A stretch of DNA of 62,353 nucleotides, filler included, from Asterionella formosa (GCA_002256025.1; 7 parts of 7 records of this genome joined end to end with filler, not necessarily neighbours in it), one strand, 5' to 3'; numbered from the whole stretch's first letter, positions 47,432 through 59,858 are shown. Numbers and translations: made by a program. Notes: generated by a model from the sequence alone, not told the origin.

Positions 47432-48685
47432 GGTTCCTGCATTTGAACCCCTAGGCAAAAATTAAAATATTGCTTAGAGTTGACGAAATTCCCTGGACCT
47501 AAGAACTTTTATGCGCTAATTTTGAATATCGATGATTCCGTTTGAAATATTTAAATCAGTGGAAATTTGCGCGTGCGTGCATAGATTCCTTCTGATATGC
47601 CCTAAATATTTACATATATTGATTCTTCATCGCTGGATGTACATAGAGCTACGCTACTTGTAGTATGCTCAGATGAACAAATATGTGTCATTTGTACGAC
47701 TCGGCGTCTCGGAAAATATTTGAAAGTGCATTCAATGTAGCTAGGAGAGATGTACCGGTACTCGTTCATTACCGTGGTATTAGTATGACCAATGATTATC
47801 AGCTACCAGTACCGGTACCTGGTACCAGGGAACCAGGAGCACCATGTTCCTGGTGCCGGTACCTGGTACCAGGTCATGGATATCGCATCGGCCAACACCC
47901 AAGAAAATGTTGCATGTGTATCCAGTGTAGCAGGCGTGGGATTACGAAACCTCGCAAACCGGGCTATTTGAACGGATGTGAGTATAACCAATCAGAATAT
48001 GAATAATGCAGCGGGTCCTTACAATGGAACTTTTTGTACAGCAGATTTTAAGCCGAAAAATTTTAGCACAAGACTACCTTCCAATGATGAGGTTTTGGCA
48101 AATAGTGATTCTGATTCCGATTTTTTGGAGACTGTAGAAAAGGCCGATTTTGTCGAGTATTTGGACGACAGTAGCTCAACCTTGTCTGGGTCTGAAGGCG
48201 ATTTCAAAACATACTAGGTAACTTTCAAATAGCATCAGTATATATCTTCTGGCAAGAAACTGCAGAATAGAACTTCGGTTTTTTACTATACCAAATAAAC
48301 AGAATTCTCCCGATTTTCCAGTCTTTTTAGCATAGTTTAAAAACAGAAGTTCCTTTCTGCAGTTTTTGACAAGATCCTATATACTGACGATATATAGAGT
48401 GGACCTACACCCCTACTTTGTCTGAAGACTGTATTTAAGCATTTGGAAAGGGTGTCTAATGGTGAAAGGTCCGTTGAGCGTTATACATATCTATTTTATA
48501 CGTGAAAAGTATGTGTTTGATTAGTCTGACTCAATACTATTTTTTAACCCTACCTCGAGCTAGGGGTTCAAATGCAGCAGTTACACATCACGAGGTCTGT
48601 CTTTTTCAAAATAATTTTATTATGCACTTCAATCAACACAGTATGTGCAACGAAATTTTTTCCTAGGGTTTCAAATGCAGCAACC
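47432..48685. mobile_element. 1254-bp non-autonomous element with 24-bp TIRs flanked by TTAA
   Basis: TTAA|GGTTCCTGCATTTGAACCCCTAGG ... CCTAGGGTTTCAAATGCAGCAACC|TTAA (2 mismatches); an extra internal TIR copy at ~48560-48579. Confidence 0.85.
48215..48408. repeat. Imperfect fold-back (arms ~75 bp), probable old MITE
   Basis: tcagtatata...aaactgcagaatagaacttcggtttt pairs with aaaacagaagttcctttctgcagttt...tatatactga. Confidence 0.75.
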
Positions 48686-48706
48686 TTAAACTGTCATAGT
48701 CCCTAA

Positions 48707-49292
48707 GGCCGTTGCTAACGGTGGACCAAAACGCAAACTAAACAGTGTTTTGGTTTCGGTAACCCTAAAAAACGATGCTATCGGGAGTGAAAAACCCAAC
48801 GAAAAACGCATTACGTTTAGGGGATTCCGTGCCCATATCCCAATAAGTTACCCAAATGCATTACGTTTAGGTTTTTTTCCCAAAGTTAACTAAACGTAGG
48901 ATTCCATATTGACTACTTTGAATGGAGTCACTAGAAACCCAATTCTTATCATCGTAGAATCAGTACATATATATTTACGACTCTATATTATATATATACA
49001 TACTGGTGTGTAGTTGGATGACAACAAGACAGCGGCATCGCTCAAATTGCGGGAAAAACTAACTAATTCCCAAATAGGAATCATAATATTTCATTTATAA
49101 AAGTAGTCTATTAGAAATATTTTACTTTTTTTATAATGGTTTTGTCATCCTACGTCACAGTAGATGGGTGGTTGACAGCATTTAGGATTTCCCAAGACCG
49201 ATAGCATCGTTTTTCCATCAGTTGACCAAAACCAAAACCAATCCAAAAATAAGTTTTTGGGTTTTGGTTTGTGTCAACGGTTAGTAAGGGCC
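48707..49292. mobile_element. Tourist-like (PIF/Harbinger) MITE, 586 bp, TAA target-site duplication
   Basis: TAA|GGCCGTTGCTAACGGTGGAC ... GTCAACGGTTAGTAAGGGCC|TAA. Confidence 0.85.
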
Positions 49293-49627
49293 TAAATACT
49301 TTAACCCAAAATTACAATTCGTCAGAACCTTTTTTGTTCCTAATGATCAGAATTTATCGAATTTTGTCCAATCGTCTTTACACGACCTGTGGGCACAAGA
49401 CTTTAATTTCTTAATGGCTGCCAAGTCGGGGAGTATTTGTTGATTTTGGGAATGAGCGAGTACACAAATAAGCAAAATTAGCGCAACTTGCAGATGCTTA
49501 CGAGGTATACACTTTTTACTTCAGCAGCAAGGGTCACGAGCACAAGCCAAGCCTCCACGGAAGCGTGCCAGCCCTTGCACAACGCGCTCTTAATAAATAT
49601 ATACATGTTTTCTGAATGATTAGCTAA

Positions 49628-49690
49628 TAATATTTAACGGCCCAAAATTATTGCCGCTATCCGGTTTTAAGCACGTTTTCCGGATGTCCC
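49628..49690 (-). repeat. Isolated copy of the transposon terminus seen at 56104-56165
   Basis: taatatttaac..cccaaaattatt...cggttttaagcacgttttccggatgt(c/a)cc at both sites. Confidence 0.75.
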
Positions 49691-49815
49691 TGCTATTTTC
49701 ATTGCTGTGCTCTGAGTCAGATCAATCCATTTTTCTAAGGAAATTCTATCCACTTTGATGCATGAAGATTTATAATTTACAGTTACGCTAACATTTGTGT
49801 TATATAGAGAGAGAA

Positions 49816-52105
49816 TCAAGCTGTAGGCAACCTGCTGCCATGTATTCTCTTAAAGTAGCTTGGCAATGCCGAGACTCCATCCTCTTTTACATTCCCATGT
49901 CCATTGGTGATACCAGTATTAATATCCCGAGCCCCACTGATGTTTTGCGTTTCCCCTTTGCCCCCTTTACCTTTGCCACCTTTTCCATCCTTTTTGAACT
50001 TCTTCTCATTCTTTCCTTTCTTATTCTTTCTTTTCTTACTCTTTCCTTTCTTACTCTTTCCTTTCTTGCTCTTTCTTTTCTTACTTGCTCCTTTCTTAAT
50101 TGTTCCCTCTTTGCTTCCAGGTGTAGTTGGGCTTTTTAGTTTTGCCACCAACGAGTAAGCGGTAGGTGATGGTAGTGTAGGAGCAGCTAATGGATATATC
50201 GATGGGGCAACCAGAGGGGATGGCGTAGTAACTGTCACCGGTGCCGGAGTAAGTGGAGTCACTGGTGCTGGAGTAAGTGGAGTCAATGGTGCCGGAGTGA
50301 GTGGAGTCACTGGTACCGGAGTAAGTGGAGTCACTGGTGCTGGCGTAAGTGGAGTCACTGGTGCTGGCGTAAGTGGAGTCACTGGTGCCGGAGTAAGTGG
50401 AGTCACTGGTGCCGGAGTAAGTGGAGTCACTGGTGCTGGAGTGAGTGGAGTTACTGGTGCGATCGTGATCCCCATTGTGGACGGTGATTTGGATGGACTT
50501 AACGATGTGCTAGTAGCAACTGGGGCTGCTGTACCATCATTAATACATAAAGTGGCAGTAGCGGCCTCACGACAAGTTCCTGTGCAATTGCTTGGACCAC
50601 CAGTAGAAGAACCTACAAAACAATTCGAATTGCCATCTTCTTTGAAGAGACGTGTTCCAAAACTATTGCATGCTGAAGAATTCTGGTCAAAAATGTAATT
50701 GGTTGAAGCATCCAAGCTATAGCTGCACCCTTCTCCAATAAAGATAACTGAACTGGAATTTCCACCTACAATACATGTTTCTGTAAAGGTAGCATCACTT
50801 CGAAAGATAGCAAATATTGCAGAAGTGTAGTTGGAGTTGTCAAGTAGACTTACTCGCTTCAAAGTAATAAATGCGTCACTTATGGCAAATGCTAGGGCGC
50901 TTACTGACGGGAAAGTCTAACGGAAATTCAGTGTTAGGAAAAATGCGGGACAAGGATATCAGAAAGGCACAAACTTACTCCGATGTTTGAGGAAATTTCC
51001 GTGTCAGTTATGGTCGTTTCACCAAACACACTAGACGTGACGGCACTCTCCATATTCGAGTTTCCTTCAAAATGCGAGTTGGTGATCATCGCTGTGCTAC
51101 TGGAATTGACAAACACTCCATTCCAAGCCTCAGGATTTCTTGTGTTATTGAGTATCTCCAGGCTGTCGATTATCATCAAAGTACCATTGTCTTGAGAAAT
51201 GAGCATATCAGAAATTTCAACGTTGTCAAAAATCATGGACGAGCGGATATCAAGTTGGCCTTTTGACGTTGTCAAAGTAACTGCAGTCATACTGCTACTG
51301 GTGACCACAAGGTTGTCGACTCGAGAGAATCCAGAGTTCATTGTTTCAAGCAACGTGATAATGGTGGAATTGCTAACATCAAGTCTGTTAATAATAACTT
51401 CAGAGTAAGCATTTCTTATTGCAACACCTCCAGTAGCGCTCGCTATGGAGCAATTAGTCAAAAGGATCGTCATGCCTGCAGCTGCAGGATCTGGCGAGTA
51501 AACGGCATCGATCGCTGCAGTACTTTGCAAGTTCCAGTTCTATTGGAACAAGCATGAAGAAATGGAAGGCTGTGATGAATTGACTATTTTGGCTTTCGTG
51601 GCAATATAACTCTAATGCCATAACTTACCTTCCATGTACATTCATTAAACGAAGTGCTCGTGCCCTTTCCCGCAAAAGCGGAAATGGAGGATTCAGTAAA
51701 ATCCGAAAACGCAACGCCGAAAAAATTGATGACATCAATTTGATACGTGGGGTCAGTTGAGTCTGCAATGATAACTTGTTGAGTTCCACCGGAAATGGTG
51801 CAAGTTCTGGAAATTCCCCTATCTCCACAAAAGAATTGCGCCTGATTCAAGACAGGTCGTAATATTTCATTTCCGTCAAATACAGTGCCAGGGCACAGAA
51901 TGTAATCATAGGGAGGCGAGGGCGCTTTACCGCCTACGGTGATATTTTCGAATTCATCGTGCATATCTTCGTTGAGACTTGTGATATCAACATATCCCAC
52001 TTCTCCAACAGAATTCGGGCAAGCTACAGTTCTTTGCGATTTAGCTCCATCCAAGGAGCAGGCCGCAAGAATAATAGAAGCTCGTATGAACGCTTCGCGG
52101 CCCAT
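49816..52105 (-). CDS. Secreted or cell-surface protein, 712 aa; exons 52105-51629, 51539-50979, 50916-49816
   Basis: Signal peptide; Cys-containing N-terminal domain (CP...GY...YILCPGTVF); Ser/Thr/Asn-rich beta-helix-like repeats; Cys-rich module; (PVTPLTPA)x9; Lys-rich tract. Two phase-0 GT-AG introns (89 and 62 nt) join three ORFs in frame. Confidence 0.85.
50232..50460. repeat. 24-bp coding minisatellite (PVTPLTPA x9)
   Basis: Unit gtcactggtgc(c/t)ggagtaagtgga; variation is mostly synonymous. Confidence 0.95.
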
Positions 52106-52793
52106 GCTTACTTGATCAATTGAATCTTGGCTATAATAAGGGATATGTTTGTTCTTGAGTGTGACTCTGGGAACCTCAAATCTACTAAAAGAATGACTAC
52201 AGGAAACAAAGTGAAAACAGGTGCGCGCAAAATATTTCTCGGTCACCATCAGTTTTGGTTCGCTTGGGGTCGTATCACTATTCGTTGAGTAATGTACCGG
52301 TAGCGATATTGCGACATAATTTGCTTACTGCATGCGCACCTACCGATCCCGTCGGATACAAAAATAAAGGTATACTACATACCGGTATGTATCGTGCAGA
52401 TATACAAAATGAGATGTTGGGAATGCTGACCTTGGTTTGTGGTCGTGGGTTGAAATTTCAAGTCAAAATTATCGTTGTCTTTTCGGAAGGACATTAACTA
52501 CCTACGGGTACAGGTAAGAATACCCATCACCATTGTTTAACTACATACAGGTGGCGTACACCGGTAGTTAAACTATCATTACCTGGAAAATCCTATGGTG
52601 TCCTTGTCACCAGATGGCGATTTTGCTGGTTGGACCAGAAGCACTATGCTTTCTTTTTTTAATTTTCAGACAAAAGTCCCAAATAACAAGTTTTCTTATT
52701 CATTTTCGTTGCACTACCCGGCCTTTTCTGGTACTACCAGGTACTAACAATTTTAGCCTTACACATGCCATAGGATTCTTAGTAGCCAACAAA

Positions 52794-53165
52794 GGGGGGT
52801 TGCTAAGTTGGTTAGCATGCCTTCATAGGTGGCAGGTTTGATTCCTGCATTCTCCACTTGTATTTCTTTCTCATGTAGTCCCTAGCTAGGGTTCCAGGGA
52901 TGCAGCTAAGGAATTAAAAGACAGGTTCAATTAAAACACATGTTCAATTAAAGCTGGTACTGATCCCCATGCACCACCCCTGAAGTCACCATGTTTGTTG
53001 GGATGATCCTGGGTTGGTATGTAAGTATATAAGTACATGAACATCAGGGCTGGCAGTGCCAGAAAGCGCTACACAGTCTACCCTTCTAGCAAATGAGTAG
53101 TCTTAAAGTGCTTTATATAAGTGAAGACACATTCTTAGCAGCTTATCAAAACACAAATCAAATGG
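52794..53165 (+). mobile_element. tRNA-derived SINE candidate (63-nt tRNA-like head at 52794-52856, body, shared 3' tail)
   Basis: Acceptor stem GGGGGGT/ATTCTCC, D-arm TGCTAA-GTTGG-TTAGCA (A box), T-arm GCAGG-TTTGATT-CCTGC (B box), shrunken anticodon arm. Tail is homologous to 21950-22100. Confidence 0.65.
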
Positions 53166-53450
53166 ACCCCACTTGCACGAAATCAGTCCCAATCAGTCAT
53201 GAGCCGGTACATCTTGGGGTCCAGGAAAATGAAAAAAGTTTACTATACCATTGGTGAAATCAAAATTACAGCAGATTCTCACCATCCAATGAGCATGCCT
53301 ATAAGTAGATCTGAAGTCGAAAATGCAGCAGATTCTCACAATCCGATGTGCATGACTATTAGTAGATCATGGGCAGAAATTTCTAGTGCCTGCATCCTCA
53401 TGCAGTTCAAGACATCATGGAGCATGCATCCAATGACCTATCACTAGGCT

Positions 53451-53550
53451 NNNNNNNNNNNNNNNNNNNNNNNNNNNNNNNNNNNNNNNNNNNNTTAATT
53501 AATTAANNNNNNNNNNNNNNNNNNNNNNNNNNNNNNNNNNNNNNNNNNNN
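53451..53550. other. Artificial scaffold-concatenation spacer
   Basis: N44-TTAATTAATTAA-N44. Confidence 0.97.
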
Positions 53551-56165
53551 AAACAAGAACTAAGTAGAAATATAATTGGTAACCTAATTATGATAAGATG
53601 CATCCTTTTCAGCTGTTTGTATGAGAGCTACAGAATTCTTGGTCAGTGAATCCATAGTTTCAAAAAAATTGACTTCAAAAAATTCAACAAAACTGACATG
53701 CTCTTGATACTCATTACCATCACATTTTTGTTGCACTTCATTGCTTGCTACTTCAGTCACATAACTACAACATCCATTAGTTCCTTCTCTCGTTTTACAA
53801 CACAAGTTGCTTGAGAAAATTCTGCATTGGATCTTTGAGAGGCAAGTGTCATTTGTGTACGGCGCTCATTTGCTTTTAAAAGTTCTATAAGCGCGTCGAA
53901 CACTTGTTTGGATGTGTTTTCAAACTCATTGCTGCCATATTTTCTACCTTTTCTTCGTTGAACAGGTAGCTTGGCAACATCATCCTCTGCAGAAACGTGA
54001 ATTAGCCTGTCCATGATAGCAACACCATCCCTTAAACTTGGTACTGCATAGGCACGGAAATGTGGCACCTGTTGAAGCCATAAATGATAGTAGTACAAAC
54101 AATAAGGCCGGTTTTGAGTTAAATTGTCAAAGTTATTGTGTTGACCAGAAACTTTGTTATTATTGAAACAGATCTGGTAATGCGCATTTAGAAATTCCAT
54201 AACCTCTGAAAATTGCTTGCTATCCAACATATCAAAAGATATGGGATAGTTATCATCAATTCCGTGGTATTCAAACTGGGTGGCTGTGTTTGAATGCCAT
54301 GGATCCAACTGTATCATTGTCTATGCCCATGAAGGTATCCAATAACTTGTCCCAAACTTCTTTATGGGAAAATTTCCTTGCATCCAACTCACACATAGTT
54401 GGAGTATTCCCAAGACACAAAATATCTTGCCGATGTTTCTCCTCAAAGAAGACATTAATTACTCGATGGTAGTATGTGCCATGCTTTTTAATATATTTGG
54501 GAGCAGTTGCAGAATTTCTATTCCTCTGATTTTTGGAAGGTCATCCCTGTTTTGTAATAATCTGATGGGATCTTTAAGAATCGTCATCCAATAAAATATC
54601 AGCAGGAACTGGAGATGGAAATGCAGACAATTGGGAAGGAAATAATTCGGAATCTGTACTTGAGTCATTGGCGATATCTTCTCTGGTAGTAGAAAGTTGC
54701 TTTGATAGTAGTAGGCGAGGAGACTTCCTTGTTGATGATTCAGGAGTTAAGGGAGTGCCTTTTCTTTTCAGATTCTTCTTTAGGCAAGGAGTCAACCTTG
54801 TTGATGATTCAGGAAAAGGGAGCACTGTTTCTTTTTAGATACTTCTTTGGTTCTTTTGATGTTTTTTGTTGTACCCCATCATGTCTCGAAGATCAAGAGT
54901 CTTTAACCAATTCTTGATGAGTGTAATCGTTATCATTTTTGTTTTATTTCTGTATCTGGCGATTTTAAAGTGAACACAAATATGACCAAGTTGTTGTATT
55001 GAATGAGCATGTCTTTTATCGTTGTCAATGAAAAAATCAGCAGGAGTGACACTTGCAACCCACTGGTCATCCTGTTTCCTTGCTGCAGAGTGAGTTTCAT
55101 TGTCTGAAGATTCAAATGATGTCATTGCGCAAGTTGTTTACAAGTGATGAAAAACATTATTCCATGAGTAGCTAGTGTTAATAATAATTGCTGCTGAGAA
55201 GGCAATCCCTCCTCCCAAAATTCATTTCTGTTGTTTTCTTAAGAGACAGAAATGGATTCTTTGTTAATTAATTTAATTACATGACATATATTAAATAAAA
55301 TATATTATTGTTGCTTAATGCTGTATCTACAGTGATACACACAGATACACATTTTGGAGCAACAAAAAGTGTTGCTGAAAGTAGTAACATATCCCCCGGA
55401 TGGGTGAGATACGAAAAAATGGGCCAAGCAACAAAGGTTGAAGCACTTAAAATAGCATGAAAGGTCCGGTTGTTGAATTATCATATATGGGGAACCAGTA
55501 ATAGAAACAAGAGAAAAATGCAAGCATCAGTAGAAAACCCACCTCTAACGGAGAGCAAAGATGTGAGTGGGCAAACAAACTGACTCCATGATGCCAAAAA
55601 TGCCCACACATTGAACTGCTGAAGTTGCTGAGGCTGCTTGATCAACATCACATGTGCTTGTGGTACTAAGCATGTGGAATTGGTTTGATTGCTCTTGCAT
55701 CCAGACAATGCATCCTCCCACAGCAACAATATAAACCTTCCTGTGCACTGTTGATTGATGCATGTTCAGTTGAATGGAGTTGCCTTCTTGCATTGAAAAA
55801 TCGCTTGAGTGATGGAAGCATAGCCAATGACTGAAAACAGAGCATATGTTGTTAATATTTCTGTTATGGAAATGGCAGATTCCTCAACCCACAAGTCCTT
55901 GTTTTGCAATCTCTCCATCAGAAGCACTCCATAACAAGCCCTTCTATCAATGGTGAGAAGCGCGCAATTGGAACTGGTCAGGACAACCAACAATTGATAT
56001 TAGCATGCAGCTTTTTGAACAACAAGCAATTTTCCATGTTGACTTTTTTAGTAGTGGAAAGCGTAGAAAAATTCCTTGATACACAGGGTTGGGCAATCAA
56101 TATTAATATTTAACCCCCAAAATTATTTCTGTTACACGGTTTTAAGCACGTTTTCCGGATGTACC
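53551..56165 (-). mobile_element. Second putative Harbinger-like relic with a broken accessory ORF homologous to 11387-12877
   Basis: ORF pieces 55125-53584 (YYHRVINVFF...LGNTPTMCELDARKF; SGQHNNF...YYYHLWLQQVPH). CpG-poor; repeated terminus GG(T/G)ACATCCGGAAAACGTGCTTAAAACCG. Confidence 0.55.
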
Positions 56166-56293
56166 AGGTAGTTTAGCAGCTAATGCGAAAAAAGTCATAC
56201 TACCAGTTCAAGGAGTTGTTACACATACTAGAAAACTTTTGCTTCACAATTCAATAACTTAGTTTCTTCACCAATCAGACAGGAGAGTAAACC

Positions 56294-59200
56294 TTACTTC
56301 CGCCGAGAAATATTGCGCACCCCACCAAGTTGATCATTGTCCAGCAAACTCAGGATGTCGCTGTCAAGAAATGAGGATTGCTGTGGCTTTTCCTGGTGGA
56401 TTTTCACAGTTGAAACTTGCAATTTGCTGATTCCTTTTGGAAGGGGAAGTTTCAATTTTTGGTGGTATGAGATAAAAGCTTCTTCGTAAAGATCATTTGG
56501 CATTACTGTTGTGGTGGTGTGTGGAGTTGAATGCCGTTTCAGCTTCTTCTTTTTTACAAAAAGAGATGACAAGTAGGAGAAGCCAAAATAGCCATCAAAG
56601 AAGAAGAGTCCTATCATACTGAAACATGTCATCATGAGCCCCAAAAATGGATTTGACATTGACCCTGGTACTGGAGGATCAAACGCTTCGTTGTATTCAT
56701 GTTCGTCGAATCCTGGAAGGAGCCAGTCAAATGAGTTGACAAGAATCTGAATGCCAGCATCGTAGACACCATGAGGGTAGCTCAGTCCATCAAAACTTTC
56801 GGATACTCTACCACGAGAATAACTTGGCCCATCCAAAACAAAGTTTGAAGACTCTTCCACACCTAAATCCACATACATCGTTCTCACTTGTTGAATTGCC
56901 AGCTCATTCATCTGGTTTCGCTTTTCATCATTCCCAAGAGCAGGAGTATTCACTGTGGTTGGCGTGCACCAAATTGTTGGTGATGACGCGAAGTCAAGCT
57001 CCTTGGCCAACTTTTGGATTGCTGCCTTCTGAGATTCTTGGTCCTCGTCTGTTGCCCAAACGTGAAGACGATCTAGAGTTCCTCCGCCAGCAACAATAAT
57101 GTCAGCCTGGCTCTTGGATGGATCCTTTGTTCGGATATCCTTCAATTTTGAAACAAGGTCAAAGGCTAATGGAGCCCATTTGTATTCGATTCGGGTGTTC
57201 CCTATCCTCTTCGCTATGTCCGCATGGTCGGCAACAGTAACATCAAAGTTCCCTGCAGAAATATCTCCCAATGCTCGACAAAGCGCATGAAATAAGTTTC
57301 GAACCATTGAATCTCCAACAAAAATGATCGTTCGGCCTTCAAGTTGCTTCTGAAGCGCCTCCGGTGGCCTGTAGTGGAAGTTACATCTACTGTTTGATTC
57401 CGTTTTTCGCCATCCCCAGTGCAATGTTGACAAATCAGAACAATCCCTGTATGATGCTCCAACCTGGTAATAACGAGTTTCAAACCCCCTCTGAAACTCA
57501 TTACAAGAAGTGACAGGGGTCCACGCGCCGTTATTGGCAAACGACTCACATGATCCTGGCAATGGCAAAGGGCCACCAAAGGCACCTTGAATCGACATAA
57601 TCTGCCATGAAAAACCCAAAACCAATACAGTTACAAATCCAATCAGTAGTGGACTCGCCTTTGCCACCGATGATTCGGCATCTGGTTCAGTCGACAGGTG
57701 GGCTAGTTGTCTGCCGACATCGCGATATTCTTGCCATGTCATATCCATAATTGTTTGATATGCCAAAAGGCCCAGCAGCACTATAGTGATTCCTACCGTG
57801 GCAATATTGAGTATCCCCATGGTCCGAAGAAAAAATGCCAGGAAATAGAAACCCACGGTACACCCAGCTAGTGCTCCGATTGAACGAATGCATTGAGTTT
57901 CATTCTCCGAAGGAAGAAGCATCCCCGATATTACAAACGTCAGTTTGTTCACTATTTGGGCAACCAAAATAAGGATAATACCAGTCACCAGTACATTGCA
58001 TTTAGGATAACCTGGTAAAAGTACCAGTATCGCACTCCCGTCGTCCGATAAAAAGAAGTGATTGTGAAACAAGAAAACCTCCAAGGTAAGGGACCCCATT
58101 TCTTTCAGAAATGCCATGTGCCGTTCTCTCAGGTATTTTGACATGTTACGAAAATAAACATAAGACAAAATAGGTAGAAACGAAAAGTAGGGGTGCGTCG
58201 AGTCAAACGCAAACTTGCTACTTGAGAAAGGTCCGGAAAACCACATGAACATCACACCAACAAAGGCGAACCCGACAGTAGCCTTTGCCAAAACCTCGCG
58301 CCCATTGGTCTGGGATTCCGTCTTCTCAAGCAGCAAACTAGTTATTGGAAAGTTGACCGCGTAGATGATTCCAACAAAAGCTGACCAATGATTCAAGAAC
58401 GAATGGTAGTACCACTCCCACAGTGGACCGTTTGGACGACCTGGTCCTGCTGGTCCTCGCGAAAAGATAGGATTGAAAAGCAGCTCAAAAACCCCTAGCG
58501 AACAGTCCCAAGCCAAAAATATTAAACCAGCGAGGCACAATAACTTAATACGCAACCCATACTTGGTATAATTGGGGGCCCGATTGATGCGCATGGTGCC
58601 ATATGTCAGAAGGAAGGCAACAGAATGAAGTGGACAGACGTAATAGTAAATGTATGATTGCCCCATCGTTAAGCATAAAAAGAAACATGTCATGTTGAGA
58701 CGAAAGAGTACTTTAAGTATTCTTGTGAAGCGGTAATTGTTCCTGGTGTAAAAGTAGGTGGCGTGCCCAAAGCCGGTCATGAAAACAAAACATGAAGCTC
58801 CAGTTCTGGCGGCGTTGTGAAATAAGTTGATTTCATTTGGCGAGAATTCCGCGGCTGTCAGTTGATAGAGAATAAAGCAAACAGACAGTATACCTTTCCA
58901 TTCCAAGGTCTGGTTCGTGTTTAGAAGCTCAAATTCATTATTTGCTTTCCTGTTCCTTGATTCCAAATCGTCGGTTCCCGGCTTCCGACTTCCCCTTCCG
59001 CTTCGACTAGATTGCTTCGATCCATCATCCAGAAATATATCATTCAATTCTCGTCTTTCCGAAATAATGGACATGACACCAGCAGATGAAATAGTAGACT
59101 CACTCATTGAATGCGAAAAAACAGATTCGTCGTCCCGCTTGATCCAAGGGCTAAGTTTTTCTCCCTGAAAATCTATATCTTCAATGGATCCATGAGATGA

Positions 59201-59858
59201 TTCGCTTGCTTTGCTTCGAATGGAGTTTCGAAGTACGGATCCACCAGATGATTGACCACTACGATCAGATCGTTGATTGGAGCTGCCGGCTAATGCCTGT
59301 TCACCCCCATAAACTTGTTCGGAAGGTCCATCGCCATCAATTGAAGTCTCACTAATTTTGTTTCGACCGCTTCTCCGGCTCACCAAGGAGGGGAGGCCTG
59401 TGGCTAATGACATATGGCTGGTATCAATAGTCTCATAAGCTTCCTCAATAACTGATTTCGCAACCTCCTTTGCTCGGAAAGCTCGGGATTGTATTTCTGT
59501 TCGGCCGTCATTTCGTCGCATCGAGCTAATTGAATAAAGTACCAATAGAAGTACCAAGAACACAAGATAGTCCGGATCGAACGAACTTCTTGGTTCAGGC
59601 GGAAATGGGGGGTGCTTCTCTAGTACGTATGCGGCCAGGAGAATGAAACCAAATAGTGCAAAGTGATATGTCAGGACAAACAAACTGACAAAAGAAGTTT
59701 CGACTTGTGATATGTCGCCGCGTATCGGAGAAAACTTGAGTGCTGCCTTAATTGCTGTAACGGCTCAACTGTTAGGTTTTTGAATTTTACTTTGACTGCC
59801 GTTCAACATGAGCTAACGTACCTCGCATGTCACCAAACAGCCATGTTCTCGCTGCCAT
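56294..59858 (-). CDS. Cas1p/RWA-type multi-TM O-acetyltransferase-like protein fused to a C-terminal SGNH/TBL-like domain, ~1165 aa; exons 59858-59822, 59754-56294
   Basis: LNTNQTLEWKG, FMTGFGH, LFRLN, YYVCPLHS and HPYFSFLPILSYVYFRN (Cas1p/RWA), then IIFVGDSMVRNLF and DGLSY. A 67-nt GT-AG intron supplies the ATG. Confidence 0.9.

Larger units (their letters stand above)
47181..49493. mobile_element. Non-autonomous TIR element (same TIR as the 13529 mini-MITEs) hosting nested MITEs
   Basis: Left end CAGCAACTTGCGATAATTTTGCT; right end reverse complement CTGCAAGTTGCGCTAATTTTGCT. Confidence 0.65.

Noticed and set aside
52794..52856. Functional tRNA gene
   Set aside because: Only 63 nt, with a 4-nt anticodon loop and a mutated T-loop, and it continues into repeat sequence.
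8881..53506. Periodic TTAATTAATTAA motif every ~8.92 kb as a biological spacing signal
   Set aside because: Always centred in exactly 44+44 Ns; it is a six-frame stop linker.
56294..59858. 'Cas1' as a CRISPR gene
   Set aside because: Name collision only: this is the Cas1p capsule O-acetyltransferase family, not the CRISPR integrase.
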